In this document: piece by piece, positions 10,617 through 19,276 of the stretch | Layout of the letters: every line of letters starts with the position of its first letter | Numbering within the stretch: position 1 is the stretch's first letter | Assembly (NCBI GenBank): GCA_963722105.1 | Contig: CAVRKQ010000011.1 | Coordinates: 451,065 to 515,064 of the forward strand | Length of the DNA stretch: 64,000 nucleotides | Origin: an uncultured Chloroflexia bacterium | GTDB taxonomy: Bacteria; Chloroflexota; Limnocylindria; Limnocylindrales; CSP1-4 | Reading direction: 5' to 3' | The notes under the pieces: generated by a model | Told to the model about the DNA's origin: nothing | Seen by the model: the letters and a program-made list of their open reading frames with translations, nothing else | Database searches by the model: none | Made by a program: the position numbers and the translations under genes

Positions 10617-12091
10617 CCGCTGCCGCAAAGGCTCCCGAGCAGGCGAAGTCGCCGATCGTCTTCGGGACCGACGGCTGGCGCGCGCGAATCGCCGAGGACT
10701 ACACGTTCGAGAACGTCCGCCGCTGCGCCGACGGTGTGGCCCGCTACGTGATCGGGAAGGGCGAGCAGGCCAAGGGCGTCGTGATCGCCTACGACCGGCG
10801 CTTCGCCTCGGAGCACTTCGCGCAGGCGGCGGCCGAGGTGATTCTCGCCCACGACATCCCGGTCGCCTTCGCCGCCCAGGCCGTGCCTACCCAGATGAGC
10901 TCCTACGAGGTCGTGGAGCGCGGCGCGTCGGCGGGCGTCGTCATCACCGCCAGCCACAACCCCTGGACCGACAACGGGTTCAAGGTCAAGGCCCCGACCG
11001 GATCCGCGGGCGGCCCCGACATGCTCGCCGTCATCGAGCAGGCGATCGCCGAGGGCGCGCCCATCGAGCGCCGGCCCTTCGCCGATGCCGAGGCGGCCGG
11101 GCTGGTCGAGCGCTTCGACCCGTACGAGGGCTACGAGCGCTTCGTCCGTCGAACGGTCGACCTCGACGAGCTGAAGGCGGCCGACGCCGACGTCCTTGTC
11201 GAGCCCATGTGGGGCGCGGGGGCGGGCTGGCTCACGCGGCTCATCGGCGGTGGGCGCCTCCGCGTCCGCGAGATCCACCTCGAGCGCAACCCGTTCTTCG
11301 GCGGCGTGAACCCCGAGCCGATCCGGCCGAACGTCGACGAGGCCCTGCGGCGGATCGTCGAGGAGGGCCATGAGCTCGGCCTGCTCCTCGATGGAGATGC
11401 GGATCGCGCCGGCGCCGCGGACGAGCAGGGGACCTTCATCCACCAGCTCGAGGTCACCGGGCTGCTCATGTACTACCTCGCGGAGCACCGCGGGCTGCGC
11501 GAGCCGGTCGTCGTCTCGGTCAACAACACGTCGATGGCCGCGCGTATCGGCCAGCACTACGGGATCGAGGTCATCGAGAGCCCGGTCGGCTACAAGTTCA
11601 TCGGCCCGCTCATGATCGAGCACGGGGCGATGATGGGCGCCGAGGAATCGGGCGGGTTCGGCTTCGGGATGCACCTGCCCGAGCGCGACGGCATCTACGC
11701 GGACCTGCTCCTGCTCGACCTGTTCCTGAAGGAGAAGGCCCGCGGCGTCTGGCCGCCATCGAAGGCCGTCGCGAAGTTCCACGAGCTGGCCGGGCCGTCG
11801 TTCTATCGCCGTATCGACGTCCACGTGGACCGAGCGGTCTATCCCGAGACCAAGCGCCGCCTCCTCGAAGGCCTGACCGCCACGCCCCCCGCGTCGCTCG
11901 CCGGCGTGCCCGTCGTGCGGACGCAGTCGCTGTCCACGAACGACGGCTTCAAGTTCTTCGTCGAGGACGGGTCGTGGCTGCTCATCCGGACCTCCGGGAC
12001 GGAGCCGCTGGTCCGGGTCTACACCGAGGCCACTTCGGGGGAGGCACAGGACGCACTCGTCGAGGCCGGGGAGAAGCTGGTCCGCGGGTGA
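10613..12091 (+). CDS. phosphomannomutase/phosphoglucomutase family protein
   Basis: Catalytic serine loop TASHNPWTDNGFK and metal loop LDGDADRAG. GTG 10613 overlaps the upstream stop (GTGA) and is preceded by GGGAGGA. Confidence 0.85.
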   Translation: MTAAAKAPEQAKSPIVFGTDGWRARIAEDYTFENVRRCADGVARYVIGKGEQAKGVVIAYDRRFASEHFAQAAAEVILAHDIPVAFAAQAVPTQMSSYEVVERGASAGVVITASHNPWTDNGFKVKAPTGSAGGPDMLAVIEQAIAEGAPIERRPFADAEAAGLVERFDPYEGYERFVRRTVDLDELKAADADVLVEPMWGAGAGWLTRLIGGGRLRVREIHLERNPFFGGVNPEPIRPNVDEALRRIVEEGHELGLLLDGDADRAGAADEQGTFIHQLEVTGLLMYYLAEHRGLREPVVVSVNNTSMAARIGQHYGIEVIESPVGYKFIGPLMIEHGAMMGAEESGGFGFGMHLPERDGIYADLLLLDLFLKEKARGVWPPSKAVAKFHELAGPSFYRRIDVHVDRAVYPETKRRLLEGLTATPPASLAGVPVVRTQSLSTNDGFKFFVEDGSWLLIRTSGTEPLVRVYTEATSGEAQDALVEAGEKLVRG

Positions 12092-12504
12092 GCGACGCCG
12101 TCGACGACGCCTTGGCGCCCGTTCCGCCGCCGCTCGCCGGCTCGCTGCCGCGCCGGGTCGACAAGCCCTGGGGCCACGAGATCGTCTGGGCCCACGCGGC
12201 GCAGTACGTCGGCAAGATCATCGTCATCAATACCGGCAAGCGTCTCTCTCTGCAGCACCACGAGGTCAAGGACGAGTGGATCCACGTCCTCGACGGGCGG
12301 CTCGCGCTGCACCTCGAGAACGACGTCGGTGAGCTCGAGGTCCGCGAGCTCGGTCCCGGCGAGGGTGCCCACGTGGCGGTCCGGCGGGTGCATCGCTTCG
12401 AGGCCATCGAGACGTGCACCCTGATCGAGGTCTCGACCCCGGAGCTGAACGACGTCGTCCGCATCGAGGATGACTTCGGGCGCGAGGGCACCAACGCGCC
12501 CTGA
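12088..12504 (+). CDS. cupin-domain protein (type II mannose-6-phosphate isomerase-like)
   Basis: KPWGHEIVWA...LSLQHHEVKDEWIHVLDG...VHRFEA. GTG 12088 overlaps the upstream stop (GTGA). Confidence 0.65.
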   Translation: MSDAVDDALAPVPPPLAGSLPRRVDKPWGHEIVWAHAAQYVGKIIVINTGKRLSLQHHEVKDEWIHVLDGRLALHLENDVGELEVRELGPGEGAHVAVRRVHRFEAIETCTLIEVSTPELNDVVRIEDDFGREGTNAP

Positions 12505-12544
12505 CGGGCTTTCGAGTGTGCATCCCGGGCAGTATCCTGCGCGC

Positions 12545-13207
12545 GTGGCACGGGGGATCGCCCACGCGGATCGGCGAAACATCGCGGCAACGGCGGCTGC
12601 GGCGTTGCTGCTCGCGCTTCTGGTCGCGATGGTCACGCCCGCCACGATCCTGGCTGGGATCGGGGGCGCGATCAAGCCTGACTCGGCGTGCGCGGACGAG
12701 GCCGACTTCAAGTCCCTCAAGGGCGACGACCCGGCCGTGCTGACGGTGATCAACAACAGCGACGAGACCGTCAGGACCTGGTGGCTGAGCTACGACGGCG
12801 AGCGCGTCTTCTATAGCGATCTCGCGCCGCACACGAGCTACATGCAGGAGACCTGGCTGACACATCCCTGGGTGATCTCGAGCGCCGCGGGCGATTGCTA
12901 CCGCTTCCTCGTGATGACGTCGCTCCAGCAGAGCGTGACCGTCGCACCCGAGGTCCCAGACCCCGCGGCCACCGTCGTTCCGGTCTCCGCGGCGCCACAG
13001 ACAGCGCGGCCGGTGACCGGCGCTCCGCCCATCGCGACCACGCCGCCTTCGACCGGTGGCGCGTCCGGTCCGACCACGCCCGCGACCTCGACGGACTTCC
13101 TGCCGCTCCTGATCATGGGCGTGCTCGCCTCCATCTTCGTGGTGGTCGGCGGGATGGCCGCGACCGGCAAGCTGCCAGGCGTTCGGGGCCGCCGCCCAGG
13201 TCCCTAG
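12545..13207 (+). CDS. exported, C-terminally anchored protein with a VHL beta-domain-like module
   Basis: Signal-like AATAAAALLLALLVAMV, then LTVINNSDETVRTWWLSYDGERVFYSDLAPHTSYMQETWLTHPWVI. This parallels human pVHL [45 protein letters not shown]. A Pro/Thr linker and terminal TM helix follow. Start is uncertain (GTG 12545 or 12518). Confidence 0.6.
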   Translation: MARGIAHADRRNIAATAAAALLLALLVAMVTPATILAGIGGAIKPDSACADEADFKSLKGDDPAVLTVINNSDETVRTWWLSYDGERVFYSDLAPHTSYMQETWLTHPWVISSAAGDCYRFLVMTSLQQSVTVAPEVPDPAATVVPVSAAPQTARPVTGAPPIATTPPSTGGASGPTTPATSTDFLPLLIMGVLASIFVVVGGMAATGKLPGVRGRRPGP

Positions 13208-13274
13208 CCGTGGTCACCCCCAATCGGAGCAGCGCGAGCCGAGCGAGATCAGCTCGCGACTACACTCCCGGGCG

Positions 13275-13823
13275 ATGGGCGACTTCCTCGCTGAGACCAC
13301 TGATCTGCTTCGGCGGACTCCCGATGTCGTCCGCGCCCTGCTCGGCGGCATCCCGGATCGCTGGACCGGCACGCCCGACGTGGATGGCGGCTGGACGCCG
13401 AAGGACGTCGTCGGGCACCTGATCACCGCCGAGCTCGATGACTGGCTCGTCAGGACGGAGCGAATCCTCGAGCACGGAACCGCGAAGCCGTTCGACCCAT
13501 TCGACCGCTTCGCCCACCAGGGCCGCGACGACGACCTGACGCTCGACCAGCTGATCGCGCGATTCGCCGCGCTGCGGGCGGACAACCTCCGCGAGCTCGA
13601 TCGACTGGTCGCCGACGGCGACCTCGACAAGCGAGGAACGCACAACGCGCTGGGCGAGGTCACGCTGCGCGAGCTGCTCGCGACCTGGGCCGTCCACGAC
13701 CTCGACCACGTCTCGCAGATCCACGCCGGCATGGCCGGCGCGTACGACAGGGACGTTGGCGCGTGGAAGGCCTACCTCGGCATCCTGCTTCGCCGCGGCG
13801 ACCCAGCGGCCGTCGCCGGCTGA
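13275..13823 (+). CDS. DinB family protein
   Basis: 182 aa with DinB/YfiT-like His pattern (DVVGHLITAE ... WAVHDLDHVSQIH). Confidence 0.8.
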   Translation: MGDFLAETTDLLRRTPDVVRALLGGIPDRWTGTPDVDGGWTPKDVVGHLITAELDDWLVRTERILEHGTAKPFDPFDRFAHQGRDDDLTLDQLIARFAALRADNLRELDRLVADGDLDKRGTHNALGEVTLRELLATWAVHDLDHVSQIHAGMAGAYDRDVGAWKAYLGILLRRGDPAAVAG

Positions 13824-13886
13824 ACGGCCGCCCCCATCGGTGCCTCGACTCGCGGCTCGATCCGGCGCCGACGAGATGACTGCCAT

Positions 13887-15134
13887 ATGACGGGTTCCCG
13901 AGCGCGACCCGCTTGGATCATCATGATCGCGGTTGTAGGCACGGTCGGGTTGGCGATCTTCACGTTGGGCGTGCTCGTTTTCAGCGGGTTTTGGGGCAGC
14001 AACCCACGCCCGGATGCTGCAATCGGCAGTCGGCCATCCGTGGCGTCGGGCGCGGCGACGTGGTCCGGATTGAGCTGGAGCGAGGTCACGTTCGAGGTCC
14101 CGGACGTCGGTTCAGCTGACGTCTTTGAGCAAATGGTGGCGGTCGCCGGCGATGTGACCGGCTTCGTGGCGATTGGCAGTGGCTCAGGGCCGGAGGGCGA
14201 CGCCGCAAGAATCTGGCAGTCCGATGATTCGATAACGTGGAAGCTCGTCGAGAGCCGCCTCCTGGATGGGATGGCGCTCGTGGATGTCGCCGTATTCGAC
14301 GGCACGTTCATTGCCATCGGGTCGACGACCGGTATCGACCCCGATGCCTACAGCACGTCGCTCCTGCTGTCCCGGGACGGCGTTGCGTGGCTTGAGGCCG
14401 AGGCGATTCCAGGGGCCTACGCGGTCGGGGTGGCCGCAGGGCCTCGGGGATTTATCGCTGTCCTGTCAGACGTCGAGCATGAAGACTTGAGCGAGGTACT
14501 GCTGTCCCCTGATGGAGCATCTTGGAAGCGCATGTCCGGCGCGGACGTCGCCGCCGGTGCGCAGATCCGCGACATTGCCTGGGACACTATCGGCTGGTTG
14601 GCCGTCGGCTCCCTCGGACATCGAGCCGCGGCTTGGCGATCGGACGACGGGACGCACTGGACGGAGGACCCGTTGCCGGGCGCCGAACCGGTCGACGGCG
14701 TCAGGGATGTCACGGCGTACCGAGTCGTCCCCGGCCGTTGGGCGACCCTCGTGCTCGGGCTCGATCTTGCACCCTCATGCGCCGAGGACGACGACTGGTG
14801 TGGCAAGTACCAAGCGGCCTGGTCGCGGACCGCCGAGTCCGGATGGGCAAGGCTGGCGGAGTCCAATTGGCTCCTCCAGCGCGGCACTGGTGTCGACGCC
14901 TACGCAGCGGGCGAGGCCGGCTTTCTCTACCTTTTCGGCGGAGACGTCAGAACCTCGGCGGATGGCTGGGACTGGCTTCCGCTCAACGGATCGGCCGCGC
15001 CCGTCGAATCCGGGTCCCTGGACCCGTGGCCCGGAGACCTTGTGGTCCTGGGCGACCGCGTTGTCGGCGTCGGTACCCTCGCCTCGGCCCCCCAGCTAGA
15101 AGCTTGGTTCGGGAGCGCACGCGTCATCCGATAG
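13887..15134 (+). CDS. N-terminally membrane-anchored Asp-box (BNR-like) repeat protein
   Basis: TM helix WIIMIAVVGTVGLAIFTLGVLVF. Five SxDxxxW-type boxes: QSDDSITW, SRDGVAW, SPDGASW, RSDDGTHW, TSADGWDW. Visibly less GC-rich than its neighbours. Confidence 0.6.
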   Translation: MTGSRARPAWIIMIAVVGTVGLAIFTLGVLVFSGFWGSNPRPDAAIGSRPSVASGAATWSGLSWSEVTFEVPDVGSADVFEQMVAVAGDVTGFVAIGSGSGPEGDAARIWQSDDSITWKLVESRLLDGMALVDVAVFDGTFIAIGSTTGIDPDAYSTSLLLSRDGVAWLEAEAIPGAYAVGVAAGPRGFIAVLSDVEHEDLSEVLLSPDGASWKRMSGADVAAGAQIRDIAWDTIGWLAVGSLGHRAAAWRSDDGTHWTEDPLPGAEPVDGVRDVTAYRVVPGRWATLVLGLDLAPSCAEDDDWCGKYQAAWSRTAESGWARLAESNWLLQRGTGVDAYAAGEAGFLYLFGGDVRTSADGWDWLPLNGSAAPVESGSLDPWPGDLVVLGDRVVGVGTLASAPQLEAWFGSARVIR

Positions 15135-15276
15135 TGCTACGGCTCGACGCCGAGCTTTGGGATAGTCCATGTCGGCGGGCGGGTGTAGGCTTGGGCTGCG
15201 CCCGCCTCGCCCGGTCGGTGCAAGGACCGGACGGCGGCCGCCACAGCCCCGCGGGGGGCTTGGAGGGTCTGGCCAG

Positions 15277-15555
15277 ATGCACTCCTCCCTGATCGGCAAG
15301 GTCGAGAAGGCGAACCGCTACGCCCGCGAGCTCGATCGAATTTCCATCGATCGCCTCGCCCTCACGTTCCGTGGCGACAACGACACCCACCACGTGAGCC
15401 TCGACGCCGGTCAGTGGCACTGCACCTGCCACTATTTCGAATCGTGGGGTAGTTGCGTCCACCTTCTCGCCCTCCAGAAGGTGTTCGGGGTCATGCTCCC
15501 CGACGACGCGCAGGTCTCGATCTTCACGCCCGCCCAGGTCCCGGCACCCGCCTGA
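15277..15555 (+). CDS. small SWIM zinc-finger protein
   Basis: 92 aa from ATG 15277, with a CxC-Xn-CxH signature (WHCTCHYFESWGSCVHLLAL). Confidence 0.65.
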   Translation: MHSSLIGKVEKANRYARELDRISIDRLALTFRGDNDTHHVSLDAGQWHCTCHYFESWGSCVHLLALQKVFGVMLPDDAQVSIFTPAQVPAPA

Positions 15556-15561
15556 CAGGGC

Positions 15562-15587
15562 GGAGGCCGGGCGTCGGCCCGGCCTCC
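15562..15587. terminator. 11-bp-stem hairpin between convergent genes
   Basis: ggaggccgggc-gtcg-gcccggcctcc, located between the SWIM gene (+) and the secreted-protein gene (-). Confidence 0.5.
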
Positions 15588-15626
15588 CATGCTCGAAGCG
15601 ATTGCAGCGCCCCGTTCGGCGCGCCC

Positions 15627-16730
15627 TCAGCAATCCGGCGGCGGGACGATGTTCCCGCCGGCCTTTGACGTCGTGCCCGACGCCCCGCCGGGAGCACACG
15701 AGTTCGTCGCCGTGATCCGGAGCACCGACGACGTCGAGTTCTTCAGGCCCTCGCTCGAGGGCGAGTCGTACTGGAGGCGGTAGTCGGCGGTCTGGTTCAC
15801 CGTGATCGTCAGGCCGTAGCTCCCGGCGGCGGCGTTCGCCGAGAGCGCGCCGACCGTTGTCCAGCTGCCGGCCCCGAGGGCCTTCTTCTGGAGCGTGACG
15901 ACCCTGGCACTCAGCGGGTCGCCGGAGAGCTCGCGGGCGGCGGACGCTGATGCGATCTTCAGCGTCCCGGTGATCCGCACGAGCCCGCCTGCTCCGATGG
16001 AGGACGGCCCGGCAATCGTCAGGGTCGTGGCGAGGTTGAGGCAGCTGGAGACCGGGTCTGCGGACGCCTGGCGCGAGTATTCGAGCTGCAGGCGAGCCAC
16101 GTCGCAGCGCCCGAAGAGGTGCTGGTTCCAGCCCTCCTTCGGCCGCGATCGCGCCGCGAACTGGACGACCGAGTCGGTGAAGTCGCTCTCGTCGTCGAAG
16201 TTCACGTGGTGGCCGAGGAGCTCGATGTGCCCGAACTCGTCGAGGGCGACGTTCTCGACGTCGTAGCAGCCGTTTGCCATCTGGGCGAGGGCCTGGCACC
16301 ACTTGAGCGTGCCCCAGTCGAACTGCCAGCCGTGGGGCCGGAACCACATCCCCGCGAACGAATTCGGCACGCCGGTGCGGTTCATGCACGCGATGCCGTA
16401 GCTGGAGCAGGGCACCACGAGGCCGTAGTAGATCTGGCTGGCGGCATCGGACACGCGCTGGAAGAGCGCGGCCCGCGAACCGCGGCTTTGTGCGACGTCT
16501 TCGGCGGCGGCGTCGATCTCCGCGGCGGCCCACGCGGGCGGCACGCCGGCGGCGTCCCACTGATAGCCGACGATCTGGTCCTTGTCCCAGCGCGTCCCGC
16601 TGCCGAGCAGCGGGTTCGGGCCGTGGGCGAGCGCCGGTCCCCCGAACGCGCCGGTTGCGAGGGCGGCAGAGGTGACGGCCGCAGCCGTTGCCACGACCAG
16701 GCGATGGGTCAGGAAGGTTCGTGCGCTCAT
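15627..16730 (-). CDS. secreted protein with a degenerate zincin-like motif and a C-terminal Ig-like/Cys-terminated region
   Basis: Signal peptide MSARTFLTHRLVVATAAAVTSAALATGAFGGPALA. ALDEFGHIELLGHH resembles HEFGHxxGLxH, but the first His is Asp and the spacing is altered. The start overlaps the upstream stop (ATGA). Confidence 0.6.
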   Translation of the reverse strand: MSARTFLTHRLVVATAAAVTSAALATGAFGGPALAHGPNPLLGSGTRWDKDQIVGYQWDAAGVPPAWAAAEIDAAAEDVAQSRGSRAALFQRVSDAASQIYYGLVVPCSSYGIACMNRTGVPNSFAGMWFRPHGWQFDWGTLKWCQALAQMANGCYDVENVALDEFGHIELLGHHVNFDDESDFTDSVVQFAARSRPKEGWNQHLFGRCDVARLQLEYSRQASADPVSSCLNLATTLTIAGPSSIGAGGLVRITGTLKIASASAARELSGDPLSARVVTLQKKALGAGSWTTVGALSANAAAGSYGLTITVNQTADYRLQYDSPSSEGLKNSTSSVLRITATNSCAPGGASGTTSKAGGNIVPPPDC

Positions 16731-17833
16731 GGCAGCACCTCCGCGCCGGCGGGGCTGAAGGGGTGGGGGATGGCGCCATCGGCCACGAGCCCGACCTCGT
16801 CGGCGCGGACCTCGAGGCCCTGGATCCCGACGACGCCGCCGGTGACGAGCCGCTCGTTGCGGTTCATGCCACGGAGACCCTTGACGTCGCCGGTCGCGAT
16901 GTCCATGCGGACGAAGCCGTTGCGCGCCGAATCGGTGACGGCCACGAGGAAGCGCCCGTTCGCGCTCACGGCGGCCGACTCGGCGCGGGCGATCACCGTC
17001 GTCTGTTCGCCCGTCGCGAGGTTCCAGCTCTGGACCGCGCAGGGGAATCCGAAGCACGCGGCCCACGTCAGCGCCGCGTCGCGGGTCAGGGCGATGAGCG
17101 GGCCCTGATCGCCCTCGAGGCGAGCCACCGGAACCAGCCCGCGGCGCAGGTCGAACACGCGGGTCAGGCAGCCCATGTCGGTGCACGACTGGACCGCGAG
17201 CAGGTTGCCGTCGCCGGCAAGGCGGAGATCCGTGACCCAGTTGGGTCCGCGCTGCGGATCCGGCTCGAGCGCCGGGGCCACGAGCGCAGGATTCCCGGCA
17301 CCGTCGGCGGCGTACCGCCACGTGCCGAGATCGGCCCGGGACTCCCGGTCGACGAGATGGGCGATCACGGAGCCGTCCTTCGGGTCGAGGATCGCGCCGC
17401 GTGCCAGCTCCGACGACTCGTGGACCACGAACGAACAGCCCTTCTCGATGGCGACGAGGCGCACCTGGGAGTGCCGCCCGTCGTCCGCGGTGACCGCGAC
17501 GATGCCGCCGGTCGGCCCGCTGGCCATGGCATCCGGCGCGAGCTCGAGGGCGAGATTCGCCGCGCCCCCGCGCCCGAGCGCCAGGTGCCGGCCCGTGAGT
17601 TCGCCGTTGCCGTCCAGCCGGCCCGACAGCGCCCACCATGAGCCCTGGCCCGCGGCGAGGTCCGGCTTGCCGCGCCCGTTCTTCTCGATCGGCGACGCGG
17701 CACAGGCCCCCGCGGCCCGCACGGGCCCGCGTCCGCCCGCCTCCGCTCCCGCCTGGAACCGGCTCAGCACCAGCGCGATCGCGAGCAGCGCGATGGGCGG
17801 CCCGAGCCAGATTGTCCAGCGACGTCTCGACAT
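16727..17833 (-). CDS. N-terminally anchored, probably beta-propeller-like protein
   Basis: 368 aa with TM helix WTIWLGPPIALLAIALVL. Repetitive beta-rich sequence; no family recognised. Translationally coupled to the downstream gene. Confidence 0.5.
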   Translation of the reverse strand: MSRRRWTIWLGPPIALLAIALVLSRFQAGAEAGGRGPVRAAGACAASPIEKNGRGKPDLAAGQGSWWALSGRLDGNGELTGRHLALGRGGAANLALELAPDAMASGPTGGIVAVTADDGRHSQVRLVAIEKGCSFVVHESSELARGAILDPKDGSVIAHLVDRESRADLGTWRYAADGAGNPALVAPALEPDPQRGPNWVTDLRLAGDGNLLAVQSCTDMGCLTRVFDLRRGLVPVARLEGDQGPLIALTRDAALTWAACFGFPCAVQSWNLATGEQTTVIARAESAAVSANGRFLVAVTDSARNGFVRMDIATGDVKGLRGMNRNERLVTGGVVGIQGLEVRADEVGLVADGAIPHPFSPAGAEVLP

Positions 17834-17954
17834 CTCGACCTCCGCGGCGGGTTGCCGGCGGGAGGGGGCGATGGCGGCGCCATCATCCGCCCCGGCTCTG
17901 CACCCGCAATCAACGGGCTATCACCCGCCGCTTACGCGGGGCTTATCGCGGGGG

Positions 17955-18110
17955 CGGAGTGCTAGGCTGCGACCGGTCGTCACCCGACGACACGCTGCAG
18001 GGCCGCGAAGCCGGTGTGAATCCGGCACAGTCCCGCTACGGTGACCATCGCCCCGATCAGGACGCGCGATGGAAGTCCGGTCGCCGACCCGCAGTGCTGC
18101 TCGACCTTCG
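17955..18110 (+). promoter_or_regulatory. cobalamin (B12) riboswitch
   Basis: Conserved core AGGGCCGCGAAGCCGGTGTGAATCCGGCACAGTCCCGCTACGGTGA plus a B12-box-like GGAAGTCCGGTCGCCGACC. It lies upstream of a BtuF-like gene. Boundaries are approximate. Confidence 0.8.
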
Positions 18111-18213
18111 AGAGAAAGGGTAGGCACCGCGATGCGATCCCCCTAGCAGGTCTCCGTCCCTGTCTCGCGCCGCCCCTGGCGCGCCACTCCCAAGACACCT
18201 ACGGAGAACCCAC

Positions 18214-19266
18214 GTGGCTGCCCGCACTCGCCCGTTTCCGCGACTCCTGATTCCCGTGCTCGTCCTCGCCTTCGCCGGTTGCACCACGCCCGCGACCCAG
18301 ACGACGGCGCCGACAACGGCGGCGGTGACCACCGCTCCCACCGCCGCACCGCCATCGCCGACGGCTGCGCCGGCGTTCCCGGTCACGCTGACCGATGACG
18401 AGGGCACCGAGGTCATGATCCCGGCCGAGCCCCAGAAGATCGTGTCGCTCACGCCTGCCACGACCGAGACCCTGTTCGCCCTGGGCGTGGGCGATCGCGT
18501 CATCGCCAAGGTCGAGGACATCGCGAACGTCCCGCCCGAGGCGGCGAGCATCCCCGTCGTCGCGACATTCGCCGGCGTCGACGTCGAGGAGATCGTTGCC
18601 CTCGAGGCCGACCTCGTCGTGTCCGGCGGCGCCGGCCTGTCGCAGGGGCCGGCCGTCGAACAGCTCCGCCGGGCCAACATTCCCGTGGTCGTGAGCTACC
18701 CCACGACGATCGACGACGGCGTCGAGAGCATCCTGCTCGTCGGTCGCGCGGTCGGCGCGGAGGCCGAAGGCGATGCGCTGGCCACGTCGATCAAGTCCCG
18801 CCTCGATGACCTCGCCGCCATCGCCGCGACCGCGGCCACCAAGCCTCGCGTCTTCTACGAGATCGACGTCACGAATGGCATCTTCACGCCGCCCGCCGAG
18901 TCCATCTACGGCGAGATGTTCACGCTCGCCGGCGCGACCCCCATCTCCGGCGACGCGAACTACTCGATCTCGCTGGAGAACCTGGTCGCGGCCGACCCGG
19001 AGGTGATCCTCCTCGGGGATGCCGCATACGGCCAGTCCCCGGAAACCGTCAAGGCCCGCAAGGGCTGGGATGGCATGACCGCGGTCAAGGAGGACCGGAT
19101 CTTCCCGATCGACGACATCGTGGTCACGCGGCCCGGACCCCGGATTGCCGACGGCCTCGATGCCCTGATCCGGGCGATCCACCCAGAGCTCGTGGACCAG
19201 CTGCCGCCGGCCCCGTCGGCGGCACCGGCGTCGACCGGTCTCGGCTGGCTTCCCGTGGCAGCCTGA
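18214..19266 (+). CDS. ABC transporter substrate-binding lipoprotein (BtuF/FecB-type, probable cobalamin binding)
   Basis: Lipobox LAFAGC and IVSLTPATTETLFALGVGDRVI. GGAGAA RBS before GTG 18214. Sits downstream of the B12 riboswitch. Confidence 0.85.
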   Translation: MAARTRPFPRLLIPVLVLAFAGCTTPATQTTAPTTAAVTTAPTAAPPSPTAAPAFPVTLTDDEGTEVMIPAEPQKIVSLTPATTETLFALGVGDRVIAKVEDIANVPPEAASIPVVATFAGVDVEEIVALEADLVVSGGAGLSQGPAVEQLRRANIPVVVSYPTTIDDGVESILLVGRAVGAEAEGDALATSIKSRLDDLAAIAATAATKPRVFYEIDVTNGIFTPPAESIYGEMFTLAGATPISGDANYSISLENLVAADPEVILLGDAAYGQSPETVKARKGWDGMTAVKEDRIFPIDDIVVTRPGPRIADGLDALIRAIHPELVDQLPPAPSAAPASTGLGWLPVAA

Positions 19267-19276
19267 CCTCGGCCCC

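Noticed and set aside
12858-12878. A fifth copy of the box core (ccctgggtgatct) inside the VHL-like gene
   Set aside because: Only a 10-mer is shared and it lies in-frame in coding sequence (THPWVIS). That is compatible with chance in GC-rich DNA.
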